A stretch of 36,786 nucleotides of DNA, from NCBI GenBank assembly GCA_046758445.1, contig JBHIAE010000028.1, forward strand, positions 1 to 36,786, given 5' to 3'. This DNA is from Candidatus Thorarchaeota archaeon (GTDB taxonomy: Archaea > Asgardarchaeota > Thorarchaeia > Thorarchaeales > Thorarchaeaceae). The notes beneath the pieces are model-generated. The model was not told where the DNA came from. It made no database searches and saw nothing but the letters and a program-made list of their open reading frames with translations. The translations under genes and the position numbers were made by a program. Shown piece by piece: positions 36,492 to 36,786 of the stretch (positions are counted from its first letter, which is position 1; the number at the start of each line of letters is the position of its first letter).

Positions 36492-36786
36492 CTCGACCTA
36501 GATACGCTTCAAGGACTACCTTGTTGTTGGCTACCTCCTCTGGAGTCCCCTCAGCAATGAGCCTGCCCTGGTGCATCGCGACTACCCTGGGAACTAGAGT
36601 CATCAATTCGTGTAGAACATGTCCTGTGACGAATATGGTGACTCCCTCTTCACTCAGTCTGTTTATCAGCCTAGTAATACCCTCTTTTTCTTCGTGAACA
36701 AGACCGCTGAACGGCTCATCAAGAAGAAGCATTTCAGGATTCGTGCCCAGCGCCTTTCCAATCTCAAGCCGTCGCAGATCTCCATG
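36475..36786 (-). CDS. livG: LivG-like ABC ATP-binding protein, 3' part (starts beyond the window)
   Basis: RRLEIGKAL..NPEMLLLDEP and IAEGTPEEV.NN..V..AYLG; overlaps the livF start. Confidence 0.85.
   Translation of the reverse strand, partial: HGDLRRLEIGKALGTNPEMLLLDEPFSGLVHEEKEGITRLINRLSEEGVTIFVTGHVLHELMTLVPRVVAMHQGRLIAEGTPEEVANNKVVLEAYLGRGEEFA

Noticed and set aside
1-36786. Numerous short ORFs antisense to, or nested in, the long genes in the ORF track
   Set aside because: They overlap genes with clear family motifs and show no motifs of their own; treated as shadow ORFs.
1-36786. CRISPR array, tRNA/rRNA, IS element, integrase
   Set aside because: No regularly spaced repeats, cloverleaf-like sequences or transposase/integrase motifs were seen by eye. 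A tRNAscan/Infernal run would be needed to exclude RNA genes fully.
1-36786. Selenocysteine/pyrrolysine readthrough
   Set aside because: No recognised gene appears to be interrupted by an in-frame TGA/TAG with homology continuing past it.

Overview
Gene-dense archaeal chromosomal window, most likely from an Asgard archaeon. This is inferred from the longin/small-GTPase fusion proteins, the archaeal Sec11-type signal peptidase, TATA-like promoters and the NAD kinase-HTH fusion; Thorarchaeota is plausible but unverified. Left to right it contains: the tail of a VOC/glyoxalase gene; an Alw26I/Eco31I/Esp3I-type m6A plus circularly permuted m5C methyltransferase pair with no adjacent endonuclease; and a tandem pair of colinear longin-GTPase-longin-(winged helix)x2 paralogues, one with an intact Arf-like GTPase and the other an apparent pseudo-GTPase (the most interesting signal). 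Next come a beta-CASP nuclease and an NAD kinase-HTH fusion divergent from nadA; a HAD hydrolase, ppa, a CaCA exchanger and a kbl-like aminotransferase; a MoaD/ThiS ubiquitin-like gene whose Gly-Gly end is masked by a CGA codon; and a P-loop ATPase. These are followed by signal peptidase I, an Fe-S protein, ggt, an Na/Pi-PhoU transporter, a methyltransferase, a NIF3-like protein, a scramblase/LURP-like protein, a 2-hydroxyacid dehydrogenase and an RHH regulator. The window ends with a back-to-back junction of two apparently 5'-truncated genes (beta-helix and ABC substrate-binding), an acyl-CoA ligase, a HEAT-repeat protein and livF/livG-like ATPases. No rRNA, tRNA, CRISPR array or transposase was recognised. 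All calls come from reading motifs by eye; no database searches were run.
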